From Raillietiella orientalis (taxonomy: Eukaryota): a stretch of 64,000 nt of DNA. Within the stretch, counting starts at the first letter, position 1. The number at the start of each line of letters is the position of its first letter. Below, piece after piece: positions 17,025 to 30,840 of the stretch. Under the pieces are notes generated by a model that searched no databases, had not been told where the DNA came from, and worked only from the letters and a program-made list of their open reading frames with translations. The stretch is taken from the NCBI GenBank assembly GCA_036172245.1, contig JAYWIR010000041.1:682001-746000 (forward strand). Direction: 5' to 3'. A program made the position numbers and the translations under genes.

Positions 17025-18227
17025 GGCATTCAGTTTATCACAATACAAATATGAGAATCCTCAGAACAGAATTATTTTTTAAATTGATATCTACACCAAT
17101 AACTTGATAATGTTTATCCAGCAACTAGCAATTCCTTTTTGGTTGATCCATCTAAAGAGTCATGGATTAGAAATAGCAAAACATTTGGAAATAGATATAT
17201 ACTTCAATGTACTGAATGCATTAGAAATACATTGTTAAAAGGCAAAACAAATTGAAAATGAAATTTTTAAGTTATTATCGAAACATATCTGAAAATGAAC
17301 AATAATTAAAGAACATAATTCCTAAAATTTTTTAAGGGAGTCTTTCGAATCATGCTCTTGATTCCTTCTATGAATAATTTTTAATAAGAAATCAGCATGC
17401 CAACTATCAAATCCAGTGGCCCATTCTAGTAATGATGTTTTACTGAAACATTTAATAAGCATATGAAATCTAATGAATTATGCCACTCTTAAAATCATTC
17501 ATAATTTCTGAATAATGAATGAACTTATTCATGAAAGCTAACACCAAGGTTTGGGAGAGGGGGATTTTTATATATACTGAAAAAACTTTGCATAACATAT
17601 AATGACTTTATGTATTTATTATTCGAAAGATAGAATCATACATAATGAAGTCCATTCTTTGATATTTGATGCATCCTGATGCAAAAAATTGCATCTATAT
17701 AATAAAAAACAAGTACAGTTATATTGAAAACAGTACAGAATACGATCCACTTAATCAAGACAAAAAAGGAGGGACACAACGAAAAAGAAAAAAGCACAAA
17801 AAATATAAAGATGAGAAAAAACTAAAATCCCTAGGCTTAATAGGAATCCCTAGGCCTAATATACCGGACGCCAAGGCAATACAAAAAAAAAAGGTCTAAT
17901 TTGCATGAAGTAATACAAAGCAATAGAAGGCTGCTGCTTCTTATTTTCACATTTCAAAATTTGTGGAGTCTCCATTTAATTGCATGAATTTCCATTTAGT
18001 TACAAACCGATTGATGAGCATCATCTCAAAATACTTGTTCAAGCATTTTGAGAATACCAAAGGATGAAAATTCCTCGTGTTTGGCTTTCAAACTCAAAAA
18101 CTAATGTCGAACAATTCTTTACTCAACATTTTCGGAAACAAAACTCTTCTGGCAATGGAAGGTAATCCGAATGCATACGTTTTCAGGGCATTTCATTGTT
18201 TCCAAGCCGTCTTCATACGAGGCGATG

Positions 18228-18230
<3 letters not shown>

Positions 18231-18270
<40 letters not shown>
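18231..18270 (+). repeat. Poly(A) tract of 40 nt
   Basis: Uninterrupted A run, within the probable 5'UTR intron of Rab11. Confidence 0.95.
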
Positions 18271-18271
<1 letters not shown>

Positions 18272-18987
18272 GAGGAATGAAAACAACAACTCAAACGATA
18301 TTCAGACTACTTATACTAATTAACAAATATTCACAACTTCAATTCATAAGAATGTGAATTTGCGGCACAACTTATCGAAGCACCCCCTTGGATTTACATA
18401 CAATTACATAGAATTAATGCAACATACAACGAATTCCAAACTATAAAGATTCTTATGCACAGATACAGAAAACTGGCAACAACCGTCCTGCTTCCACACG
18501 GCAGCTTCTTTTCCCGCTTACATTACATAACAGTTCATAACAGTACACTGATTCACTACACTACCGCATTCCTCACGCATGCAGGCAACTCACTACGCAA
18601 CAGAAACCACCCACCACCCGACATCTCCATTACATCGGAAAACTGCCGAACGTGTGGCGTGCTGAGTTCGTTTCGAGAACACATGCCACCGCTTATGTAA
18701 CGTGTCGTGCATTAAATAGCATCTGACGAAAACGATTGGAGAGCCCGGCAGTTTAGATGAACGTCGGTTTCTTTCAATGTCAGCGCGTTGGGAATTCAAT
18801 TCTGAGGTCTTGCGGTGCGATCAACTCGGTTTCGGACAACGAATGACTTTCAGTCTTCCTTTGGAGGTTTTTTGTTTTTTTTTATCAATACAATATAGCG
18901 TTATTATTGTATGTTATTATGCTTTCGTGGAACATACAATTTAGATGCGTTGGAAAGAAAGGAAAAAAAAAAAAGAATTATTCTTAC

Positions 18988-19150
18988 CGTTTCCAACAGA
19001 TAACGGGTTTCCTTTACATCTCGAGGCTTCCACGGAGTCTAACTAAAGGGCACCGAATAAGAGAGGAGACGACTTGCTAAATCAAAGGTCTTCACCGTCA
19101 AACAGCGTGCAGTCGTCTTGAGAAACGAAACCAACGAAAAATATTCGAAA
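18988..19150 (-). other. Probable non-coding 5'UTR exon and promoter region of Rab11
   Basis: Consensus donor ACG|GTAAGA on the minus strand at 18988/18987, in a locally CpG-rich stretch. A candidate acceptor TCTTTAG lies near 17152, upstream of the ATG. Confidence 0.45.
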
Positions 19151-22100
19151 GTTTGATTATTTCAATTTTTTTCATTGCTTACTGTTTTTTGAAACGTATT
19201 GTGTCAAGAAACTCTGCATCTTACTTACTACTTCTTACAGTCCATTCTGCTCGTTAAGCTATTTTGTATAATGCACTCTATTGTATTTTATTGATTATCT
19301 ATACTCAATAACAGTATAATGAGTTGGCAGTATAAATAACAGTATACTTCTCATATTCACTTCAAATGTGATTTATGGACTGTCATTCGAGCGTAAGAGT
19401 CCGTAGATGTTTTGTAAACGAGTAGCTCATAAAATGAACTTTTATTGATAGGAAATCCTGTGACTCCTCTGTCCGACAAGTGAGAATGGCATCATAGGGA
19501 CTTTCTGCTGCCATTCGGACACTGGTAGACATCTATGCTCACAACGAAATTCTTTTGATCGGGGTTTTTGGAACATGTCTGCCACAAAACGAGGGCATTG
19601 CTCTCGATTTAATTTACAGCAAATGCAAAAACTATTTCCATACCTATAAAATACTTAAGAAATTTGCTATCTGCTTTTGGCTTCTTTATTTTGCTTCCGA
19701 ATATTGATTCTTCTCCTCTTTCTCTACCATTCCAACACTTTTCCTCTCTAATGGCCAAATCTTAACCACTCTAATATTCACGGATTCTAATTTAAACTGA
19801 GTGATTAGTAAATCCTATATAGCTTCTCTGATGTCGTTTTTTTCCACAGCTGTGCTTAATTTTTCTTTTTCTTTCTTTTTGATGCACGAAATGTTCTTAG
19901 AAGCATACGAAGCAGTACTTGGAGATTTATCAAGGAGGAATGGAGTTCATCCATTCATTCGTTTGTTTGTAATAGCGACCCTCCTATTCTTGTTTGTGTA
20001 GAAGAAAAAAAAAGAAAAGTAGAAACCAAGATGGAATAGAAAAATTGTATGAATTCTGGAACCAATACTTTCAACAGGTGGAACTATAAAAATGTCACGT
20101 TTACACCGTTGACGCATATAAGCTTACGTGAACACTTTCCTTTGAAGGGTTCGTTTTCATTTTAAGGAGCTGCATTTCGTGTGCTGTGGTTATTCACGCA
20201 TACAAATGAATATGAACAGAGATGTGTCGTATGCGGAAGCAACTTTATTCATGACTGGGAACTATTCCATGCATATTAATTCAAAGCTACGGAGAAATGT
20301 TTCTGGTCAATTTTCATTGCAATTGTGCGAATTGTGGGTCTTCGAAAAAGTGAGGTTCAAAGACGGTGCAGGAATGTTTAATCAAAAAAGGAAAAACAAA
20401 CAATTTTTCAAGTAAGTCTCTTAATTTTTTAATACACTTGAACTTTTCAAGCTGCAAAAAAATATGTGATAATTTGTCAAGTCTCTCAGACAGCAATAGA
20501 CTAGTATTCCGGTATGCTTCAGTATTTCAAATATTCAATAGCAAATGCCTAATTAACATAATCACATGATTACGACTTTTCCTCTTAACATATCGTCAGT
20601 AAGTTGATTAAACCACTGATATTGTTTGTGATGACTCAATTCCGTCTTGTTCACTCGACGTTGGCTATTCGAAGTTCAAAACTCAATATCTCCGAACGGT
20701 CCCCATAAACAAAATACGAATGATTTATGGATCACTTAATGTGTTTTCATTTTTAAATCATGTGTGACTTTTTACATGTGAGAATTTTCGAACCCCTTTA
20801 TTGCAAAAGGCAAAAGTGAACTTTTCCAGACCAACTGAAAAAATCATTTACTCGCACATCCTGGTCTCAGCTTTTTCTAATCCCTAACAGATATTTTCAT
20901 CAGCGTCCAGTCATCAATGCTAAAAAACGCATTTTTTGTATTTTTTTTTTTTTTTTTCGAGTAAGCGAGGGTATTATAAAATATCATCTACTCAAATTCT
21001 GGGAAATGTAACTTTTGGCGAAAAAGATATCTCAAGTGGACGCATGGTGCATTTCTTTGAAATTACGCTGCCGTTCTCCTGGCTTACCTTAATAGAATCA
21101 CTCTTGACATACAGATCTCTTACTACTAGCATTCGCCTTGAAGAATTCCACAATGTACACCCCAAGCTTGTGAACTTTACTGAATGAAACAAGAGGCTAT
21201 CAAATGGGAAAAAGCAGCGATAAACGCTATAAAATGTATTTATCTGTAAATGCATGTACATAGTTCAAGAATCCTCCTTGGAATTCTAAATCAGGAATGC
21301 CACACAGTACGCTCTCAATTTTGAATGTACTACAAGATTTACAACGCTTACTTCATATGACTTGGAATCAAATTCATGCTGGGATAAGAATTCTGCAGAA
21401 ATAAAGTCGCCACACCAAATCGAATGCAATGTCCATATTTTGCCAAAAGTGTATCTGCAAAAACTTCGATTAAAGATGTGCTTTACCTATGAGTCTCTAA
21501 CCAATACCCCGATTGGAAATTGGTTTAAAAGAGACAACATTTGAGACAAAAATGTGAAAGGGAGAGATGATCGTGTAGATGGAAAGGGAATACAAAAACA
21601 TGAATCAGGAATCGGTTCGGGAAAAAAAATAAATATAATTACAATACGATAGCCACTAGCATAACCTTAACGTGGACGTGATAATTGGATAACATTTTAG
21701 AGTTAGAATGATTAAAGTCGATTGACAATTAGATTGAAATTTCAAGTAAGAATGATGAACAGAATAATTAATCACACTGATAATGGCAAAGCATATTTAG
21801 ATTTTATTCAAAGAGAAAGGATCATGCTTTACAGGAGTTTTACTGAGAATGCCATGGATACTCGTGAAACATTTAATTGCAAGTACACTTGTTTGTACGT
21901 AAAAGAAGCCAGGCCTTACCCTTCGGTAAGGAATATGGTGTGATTAATGGAATATAAGTTTTGGTTAAGTACAAAAAATTTGTAGTCTTCGATCAGATGA
22001 TGGAGACCAAAACAAAGCAAAAAGTGAAGTGTAGAAATAAAACAAAACTGAATTCTGAGACTTAAAAAGCCAAGAAAAGTTGGCTATGGTAATAGCAAAC

Positions 22101-25100
22101 TCATTATTCGGAACTTTTTATTAATGATATGTTTTAGAATTAAAATATACATGTAGGACAAAAGAAAAGATGGTTATGATACAGCTATTATGATGACCAT
22201 GAAGCAAGAGTAGTAGTAGAGTAGTAGTACGTGGTTAGAAAGTGGATGAAACCTATTTGGGAACGTTTAGCTAAACTTAGAGGTCTTAGTTTTGAAGATG
22301 TCAGTGTTCGTGTGCAAAATTTATTGCCATTTAGCTACACCAAGAGACCACCTGGAAGTTATCAAAAAGTCATTTCCATGAAAATAGGGAAATAAATGGG
22401 AAATTAATTGATGGGAAATAGATGCAGAGTATGCAGTTTGTAGCGAGAAATCATGTAAGATGATACCTTCCTTTATTGAAAGTTCTTTTTGTTATTCACT
22501 TATGTCATAATTTTTCTTGGGAAAAGAGCTTGCGAGTGGAAGCGCGCAATACTGTACACTACCATTTGAATCACACAGTGAGATCAGCTGATAACTTCGA
22601 TATGCCCTTTGTTCAAGCTTTTTTCCTTCTGTTTTGATATTTCGTTTTGCTATCATGATTATTATTTAGTATTTGTTTTCATGCAGGCACCACTCCATGT
22701 CAGATTAGAATAGATCGAATGAGACTACTAGATTAGATTCCCACTCAAAAGTACCACTTTTTCCACTTTATTAGCATGCCATTTTTTTTTTCTTTTAATC
22801 TGTTATACGCGCACAACTCTGTACATGGATTTGATCAAAGGAATAAATCGAAGTTCCAGTCACATACATAACTTTCAAACACATCGTACTGCTTTATTTA
22901 CTACGTTCTTAATCTCCAAAAACGTACGTTAACTGGGTGCCCCTTTCCTCCTCAATTTCCTTAAGCAATTAAAACACGAGATCTTATCCATAGTTTGGAA
23001 AAAAAAGAATATGAAAATCGAATTCAGAATCTTTATCAATACTTGTATGGGAATGGAAAATCAGAATGACAAACGGCTCTTCCTGATGGTTTTTCTAATG
23101 TGGAAGAATTGAGTGCCCCTATGCTTCTCGCACAAAAAGTGTATGTACACTGCTCGTGGGACCGCCCAAACCCTGAAATTTGCTTACACTCCTGTCAAGC
23201 AATGGTTCTCATCATGATGATACAATCACCGCTGCATATAGAAAAAATTGAAAATAAGGACGAAAGGGGTAATCCTTCAAAGATCACATTAAACCCACAA
23301 GAAACACCTCAGACAAGAGACACACTGATAATCCAAACGCGAGAGGCTGAGAAAACAGCCGGAGGAAAACGATATTGGGACACACTGGAGACACGAAATT
23401 TGTATTCAAGAGGCAAAAAATATTACTGAAGGATTGCATACACATGAAACAAAATGTGTGAAGTATTAAGACATTTAGTGGCTAAATTTACATGTCCTCC
23501 GATTAATAAACATTACATATCTAACACCATGAAATGAATTCCAAATTTCAATGTAATGGAGACAATAAGCCCAATTAAACCAAAGCATAATCGCTATTGC
23601 TAGCATCGTTAATTAGCGATAGAGGAAAAGGGGAAAAAAAGTTTGGAAGTCCCGATTTGGCAGATGGAGAGATTAGCAAAATTAAGGGGCATGGAGGAAA
23701 GTGCCAAAGGCTGCCAGTGAGCTCTTGAAATACGACACGATTTGTTCGAGAGCTTCCGTATCAAGAAATCGATTAAATTACACGTGACTTGACTTTCCAT
23801 TCACCTCCAATGAAACTTTCTGGAGGGCAAGTTCTGGCCTTTTCGAAGATTATCAAAATAGCCCGTTTTACACTTCCTCTGCTATCAAATATCATAGATA
23901 AGGAGGAAAGTGACGACGACTTTACTGACTGACAGAATTCTATAGATAATTGGACAGATGGCAAGCTATGGCATCAACGTGAACAAATTGCTCGTAACAA
24001 GATGGAATAATTTTTTTTTTCTTCTTTCAGTCTGAAGATTCGATCGATTCACCATGGAGAAACCGTCGTATTTGCGATGCTGATAGCTTTGTTTAATGGC
24101 CTGGTAATGATAACGCAGAAGCAGGCCAAATGATCCAGAGCTGGCACAAGCTAAGGGCAACGTTGGTTCATAGTTCAGGGCAAGCAAGGCGGTAAATATG
24201 CATAATGATGACATGGTTAAAGGTCTGATCGTAATAGTAGACGAGGCAGATGATTCACAAAAACGCTGAATTATCATACAGGAAGTAGAAATGCCTTCGA
24301 ACAAAAGAACAAAGAACGAAAGGCGATACACTGAGAAGCGAAAAAAAAAAAAAAATGTCTAGTGCAGACACATTTTTAATAAAGCTAAAGGCTGAGCATT
24401 TTAAAAACAGCTTTGCATTGCTTTGCTACATATGTAATACACAATAAAAAGAAAATGACTAAAATGATACAACTTAATACAATGAAGAAGGATGGGCTCG
24501 TGACAGATCTTACTGTACATTTGGAACATACACTCCATTAAAAAAAAACATTGGAATGATTTCCTCGCCCGATGCGATCACAGCATGAAAGTCTATACTC
24601 CAGCTTTTTGAATCATTTTGCAAAACATGAAACAAGAAACTTCCTTTTTCTGATGAGCTACATTTTAGGAAAGAATACTCTGAATCCACCAAATGCAGAC
24701 CATGAACTTATATGTGGAATCTAAGTAACTTATCCGGGTTACATTCAGTTACGATGGCAATTCAGTACTTTCAAATGCCAGTGATGTGATAAACTCAATC
24801 CCATGCAATAAAGATCACCCTTACCGCAAATCTTTTATTATGAGCATTCATGTTTGCAAGCAAAAGGCCAAACTAAAGATTTTCCTGATTATCCGTACTG
24901 TGCACCACTTCTGTTCATTTCGACTGTTTGCTTTCTTGAAAACCAATCCCCTAAACATTTCCAAGGTAGCCCAGAAACATCTATGACACCTGCAATGGTG
25001 AAGAAACAACTCAGTATATTACGAAATTTACAAATCGGAAAAAATATAATTTTCCGATTCGCCTTTATTAATATCGTGACTGGATACTTTTGCCAAAAAC

Positions 25101-26855
25101 AAAACAAAAGAAAAGAAAAGAAAACATTGCCACTCTTCATCCCCAATCCATGTAAAATCACATTGCTACGATTGATTGTACTGGAGTGGTGCCTGAAAAA
25201 GAAAACGAAGTGGTTACTGACATCAGGAAACAACGTGCAGCAGTTTAGGATCACTGAAAACATTTGAAAATTTAACTTAGAACCGTTACTGAACACGATC
25301 AAAGCCTTCTTATGAGGGAAAATACCAGCGTCGCCATGACTGGAGAGTTTTAAACACCCGACCTTAACGAGAATGTTCAATCTGATATGCTTCCGGTAAG
25401 GGAAACTTCAGGACAGACCATGCGTTTCCTCCAATCTGCTTTGAATACAAAATTTCTGCAATTTCGCCAAGTGGGGAAAAGCACTGATGAGCTTTCACAC
25501 CAAACTTTCTTGGCAAGCCTACAAGCAGATCCTCTCCATCTCACATCAACGCTAGTTTTGCTCATACACATATTCAAACAAATATACAAGTACGCTAAAA
25601 TAATTGAAAAATGGTTACTAACAACCGAACCTTGAAAATACCAAAACTAACAGACGTGATACTTGTCTAATTATTCTTCTTTTACAATATGCATTGGATG
25701 CATTAGTAGCATTAATTTATGAAAATTTTGATTACATCAACCAAGTAAAAAGTAATGCTGGCAGATTTAATCGAGGATCAAAGTGTGCACTTCGAATTTC
25801 CGAGATTTACTGATTTTTCAAACGAGATCTGAAAATGGACTTATGCATATTGAATCACTGCAACCATTGCTCTAATTAATTAAATGAAAAGTGCTTTACT
25901 TTTCTTTAAAAATAGCCTTTACTTTAAAAGTATTTCACGATGCAGTGTAAATTGAAACCAAAATTTTAACAATTTCGAAATATAAAAGTAAAGATATCCA
26001 ATCAAGTAAAGATTCCCAACTAATAGAATTTACCGGAAAGTCTATCTTGAAAGAATATTTGATTTCTCACACCTGTAACTATACTCCGTTCCATGAAAAT
26101 ATTGAAAAAACATAAAATTTCAAAGAAAACCACTTTAAAAAATTACCTTTTGACAAGGAATGACACAATGTTAAAAAAATTGGGATCCTAACACAAGGAC
26201 TGAATGAAAATCAGCCAATCTGGCGAAAAATCTGTTTATTTTGTTTTATAAAAGCTTTATAATTAAATTACGCTAATTTGAAAAAGACATCATTTTTGCA
26301 TAATTATATTAAAGTTATTCCGATATAATGATGCTTTTTTAAAAATGACAACACACACAAAAGTCAATGAAATACATACAGCACTCAAAATAATTCAATT
26401 TCTGATAAACCACATTAAGAGCAAGTATAAAATAGTAAAGTACACTAGCTAACATATGAAATACCATTAGTGGATACGAGTATGAAATACACTTAAACTG
26501 AATCAAACAAAAATATGTTTCCAAACTCAAGGATATAGATATTATAACCAGTATAAATATTACATTTTCTTTGCAGTTCACTAACGCTGCTATAAAGAAA
26601 ATACCTAGTCTGAACAATCTGATGCAACAAAGTGATTATGAATGCCATTCTCTTAAGTAGAAACCCTGAAAACCTTCACTTTTATATGCCAGAAAAGGAA
26701 AAAGCTACAAATACACATAAAGCACTGAAATTTTTTTTAACCTCTGCTTTTACTCTAGAAAGGAGAAACTCATACTAATAAATGCACTTGCTATATTCAG
26801 TTACAATAAAATGAAACATTAAGATAAATTACCACTATTTCTTATTTTGCATAAA

Positions 26856-29441
26856 TCAGTGTTTCTTGTCTGCAATCATTCTAGAATAGTATTGCACATT
26901 GATAGTTTCCTTCATTGTGGAAGCCAATTTGGGAAGTAATTGTACATGATCATCTACACATTTGACACTACATGTTTCAAAGTCAACTTTGTATGTTTGC
27001 ATCTGAAAATAGAATCATTTGTTTTCTGCAGAATATAAGCTTTCACTTGAAACACTACATCAACATGGGTTCAAATACCGATTTATACTTTACATTTCTT
27101 ATTTAAATACTTCACAGCTAAACTACAAAAATTTCATGTACAAAAAAAAAAGATAAAAATGTAAATGTAATCTTTGGTGGCGATAATTTTATTATGTGCA
27201 AGTACAATTCCAAAAGAATAAAATGAATGCATCATTGTTTTATAAATGTTACCTGAGATGAAGTAGTTTGAAGTGATACTTGATCTTTGATTTTATCCTG
27301 ACAGCTCTGAATACACCTATGCAATCTATCCTGAAATGTCCTATTTTCAATTCGCCTATTCAAATAGAACAACAATAATTACTGAGCGGTCTTAAAATTG
27401 CTTAAAAAGTTTTAAAACATTAACACTCAATAAGTTGTAATTAGTTCATAGTAAAAAAACAAAAACAAGAAAAAAAAAATTTGAAGTTGAAAAGAACTTG
27501 ATATTTCAACTTCATATTTTCACACACTTTCATACACTATGGTCATTTGTGGAATTCCCATAACACCAACACTGGGTGACTTTGGAAATCATGAATTTTT
27601 ATATAAAATATTGGAAGAAAACAATGCACGACATGTTTACAAAAAGTGGCATATGCAAAGACAAGAATTATGGAAGCAAGCATAAGCTGCTTATGCTAGC
27701 ATTTTTGCCATTGTATTATTTTTGGCACTCTTACTTTGAAGTAAGCATAACAAAATGGGGAAAAAAAATTAGCAACCTTGGCATCAAATTGCAGTCAGAT
27801 TTATCAAACTGATTTTCTAGTGTTGTAACCTCCCCCCCCCCCCAAATAAATATCACTAAACATTATCAAAAAATACAAGAAAGTTTTTAACCCTATATGC
27901 AAACATTCATGAGCACAAAAAAAATTCTAAATACTATTTATGCATTTGAGTGAATGATATTATCTGAAATTGGGAACACTTGTTTAGGTGAGAATAACAA
28001 AAAAGCTTGATCACTAAGTCAATAACTAATCTAATCATGAGGAAATGTCAGAAATTTGAAATACTTCATTTCATTCTTTTTTAAAGAAGAATTGGAAAAT
28101 AGTGTAGCTATGTTCAAAAAACTACCCAACTGTATTGAAAAACAATAACACACAATGTGCATATTGGTAGCATGATAAATAAAGGATGGATGTGCTCAAC
28201 AAATTAATGAACAAACAGGATTTGCCTTCAATTAAAGAAGGCAAAAATTTCCTCACTATGTTTTATGTTCACACATCTTCCTTAATCATACTTTGTTTAA
28301 CTGATAAATGAAATGCATTTTAAGAATTTAAATTAATTTCCATGTTTGGTACGTACTGTTTTATTTCACTTGCACCCTGAACCATACAAATACATACTCT
28401 GCACTAAGAGTATGCTTTTGTATGAAGTTAACTGTTACACTACTCATCATTTCAATGAGTAATGTAACACTCATACCTCATTAAAAATGTGACTTTTCAG
28501 GAAATCAGAATCTTAAGTGGGTTTCCTTTTTAATAAATGTCTAGAACACTAATAAAATACTAATACATATGTAAATATGTATCATTGTTTTCATGTATTT
28601 TATACTACATATTTGTCCCAGGAGTTATATTATTCCCCTTTCAGTTTTATTATGAAGTTTTCACTGCTTCTGTGAGATCTTTACCCCTGAACACTTACTT
28701 TGTTTTGTTTTCTCATTAGGAGTTACTGGCACATTATACAAGTACAGTATATTGTACTCTGAATGTCAAAGGTACAACTTTTAAAATGGAGCTCTGAAAT
28801 GTTTTGAATGGAAAACCTGACAAAATTTCACATGGTTAACAGATACAGGTGTCCAATGTCTTTTGGTTCTTAAAAACGTAACTTTGCAAAAAAAAACACA
28901 AAAAATTAAAATAACCTCGTTATTTAGAATTATTTGTTTTCCGTATCAATTTAGAAAGCCACGTGAGATGTGACACGGTTTGCTGCAGACAGATGGCCCT
29001 TACATGTGTTTTTATCCATTGAAAACTGGGATGACTTTATTAAGTCAAAAAGAACCATAATAATACAAAAGCAAATACAAGACGAATTATTTCTGCAATG
29101 TCGCTAGAATTTTAACTAACCTGTAAATGCCCTAATTCATTTTGTACGTATGCCTGAGCTTGACTCAAGGGTTGGGAGCATTTGTCCACACACTGGCTTA
29201 CTTGTTCAAGAGTGCTGTCATTATTCTCAAGGCAGGCAGCAGAACAGTAATGCATCATTGCCTTAAAATAAAGGCACCCAATCAGTTATCAAAATAGGTG
29301 CAAGTAACATTGTTTAATATGGATGAAAAGGCGAATGTGATATACCTGCATTTTCCTAAAGTATGATTTGTCGAGATCATTTATTGTGATATTGACAGCA
29401 TCTTCAATTTTATGCTGAGCCAATTCGGTTTTCGAAGTCAT
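26856..29441 (-). CDS. FAM136A: FAM136A-family protein (twin CX3C, mitochondrial intermembrane-space type); exons 29441-29346, 29261-29121, 27330-27253, 27002-26856
   Basis: Spliced translation MTSKTELAQHKIEDAV...YFRKMQ|AMMHYCSAACLEN...QCVDKCSQPLSQAQAYVQNELGHLQ|DRLHRCIQSCQDKIKD...|...CSVKCVDDHVQLLP. It shows four CX3C motifs and phase-0 introns. Missed by the ORF track. Confidence 0.93.
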
Positions 29442-29582
29442 CTTGAAAGCTGCTTCGATTTACAGCGAAACCTTCGGCACTGCGAGTGAACGCTACCATC
29501 CGCTCCCTGCACACTTCAACTCCGTGGGAAGCAGGGATTCCAACGTGCTCGTGCCTTACACAACCTTCCCCCAAGCTTCCCA

Positions 29583-29590
29583 CTTTTATA
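29583..29590 (-). promoter_or_regulatory. Candidate TATA box of FAM136A
   Basis: TATAAAAG on the minus strand ~140 nt upstream of the ATG, at the edge of a CpG-rich segment. Confidence 0.4.
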
Positions 29591-30323
29591 AAGCGAGGAT
29601 GTGATTGCAAATTACTTTAGGAATGTTAAATTTAATAAAAACCACCACTCTGAAAATAAAAGCCTTGTTGGTTTATGTTAATTTTGTGTTATAGTTTACG
29701 CAGCTTCAAGTATCTGAAATTGGAATTGATTCTGCTTCAGAAATTTAGGTAATGTGAAATGCTTTTAAAATGAAATTTGTCTTTATTTAAAACATGATTT
29801 CAGACCACACGCTTACATTATTTTGAAGTTATTTTAGAATAACACGATTAGAATTTGGTATAAAAAATAAGGGCAGCAAGTTTTGGATTTTAGGCACACT
29901 AGGCAATTTTTGCATTACTACGATTCGAAATGAAATAGAAATAACTATTGCCAATTATGTTTGGGTTAGGTACAAAAGCTGCTATTTTTTCCAGTCATGT
30001 TTAGTGATAGCAAGAATATATGTGATTTCATGTTTTCAAACCAAAATTAAATTTGAAGACTCAGACACTTTGAAGCACTTCAAAGATTCTTAAATCAGAA
30101 AACATCGGACGAATAACGGGAGAAAAGTTAGTTTCAATGAAATTTTGTCTTGTGATCAAACCCCACAAAGCAAGCGACTTCTAAACTTCAGCTACATTGC
30201 ATGCATTGGCTGGATCAACTCGCTTTTCTTTTTAATCCACCTTTTATATTTCCATCAATGTAGAAAAGTATTACATACGAATATGTGCCATAACTGCTAT
30301 TAATGAATACGAGTCATATTTGA

Positions 30324-30674
30324 CTAAGTGAAGATGAAAAAGAGCTTGGAACTGCCATTGTTGATATAGGAGGTGGGTACACTGCGATTGGAATTTTTAA
30401 AGGAGGGAATTTTATATATTCAGACAGCATTCCAATTGGTGGTATTCATATCACTCGAGATATGGCTTATGGACTATGTACAAGCATAGAACATGCAGAA
30501 CGCATAAAAATACTGTATGGTAGTACTATCGTGACTTCAATAGATGAAAACGAGTATATCACAATGCAAAATAATGAAAGTGATGAACCGACCCAAGTGC
30601 TCAACTCTGAACTTGTTGCCATCATAAGAACGAGAATTGAAGAAATACTTGAACTAATAAGAGAGCAATTTTAA
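30324..30674 (+). pseudogene. ftsA: Internal fragment of bacterial cell-division gene ftsA, Wolbachia-like
   Basis: 116 open codons: LSEDEKELGTAIVDIGGGYTAIGIF...IPIGGIHITRDMAYGLCTSIEHAERIKILYGS...IIRTRIEEILELIREQF*. These carry the FtsA phosphate-2 (VDIGGG) and P(I/V)GGxHIT.D / AERIK motifs. No introns and no native start. It closely resembles Wolbachia FtsA as I recall it. Confidence 0.92.
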
Positions 30675-30828
30675 TGGTCTCCCTTCCCTTATTGCTGACA
30701 GGACATTTGTTTCCAGTTCTTTATAATCTACCAATCCGGTTGTTCTATTTGTTATTCTTTGAATCATATATCAAACCTCCTTTCTTTATACCAATTTATT
30801 ATTTTTCTTTTCGGTTTGACACACTTCC
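30672..30828 (-). mobile_element. 5' end of an IS256-family insertion sequence (Wolbachia-type), truncated
   Basis: Minus strand: putative terminus GGAAGTGTGTCAAACCG at 30828, Shine-Dalgarno AGGAGG (30781-30776) and ATG at 30767. It encodes MIQRITNRTTGLVDYKELETNVLSAIREGRPL, matching the N-terminus I recall for Wolbachia IS256 transposases. Cut off at the ftsA junction. Confidence 0.8.
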
Positions 30829-30840
30829 TTAAACGTTCCC

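Noticed and set aside
21550..23430. Possible plus-strand LINE fragments (e.g. MYTA...TLKFAY...W)
   Set aside because: Similarity too weak and fragmentary to call.
28844..28854. TACAGGTGTCC resembling a Tc1/mariner TIR start
   Set aside because: No matching inverted partner was found nearby.
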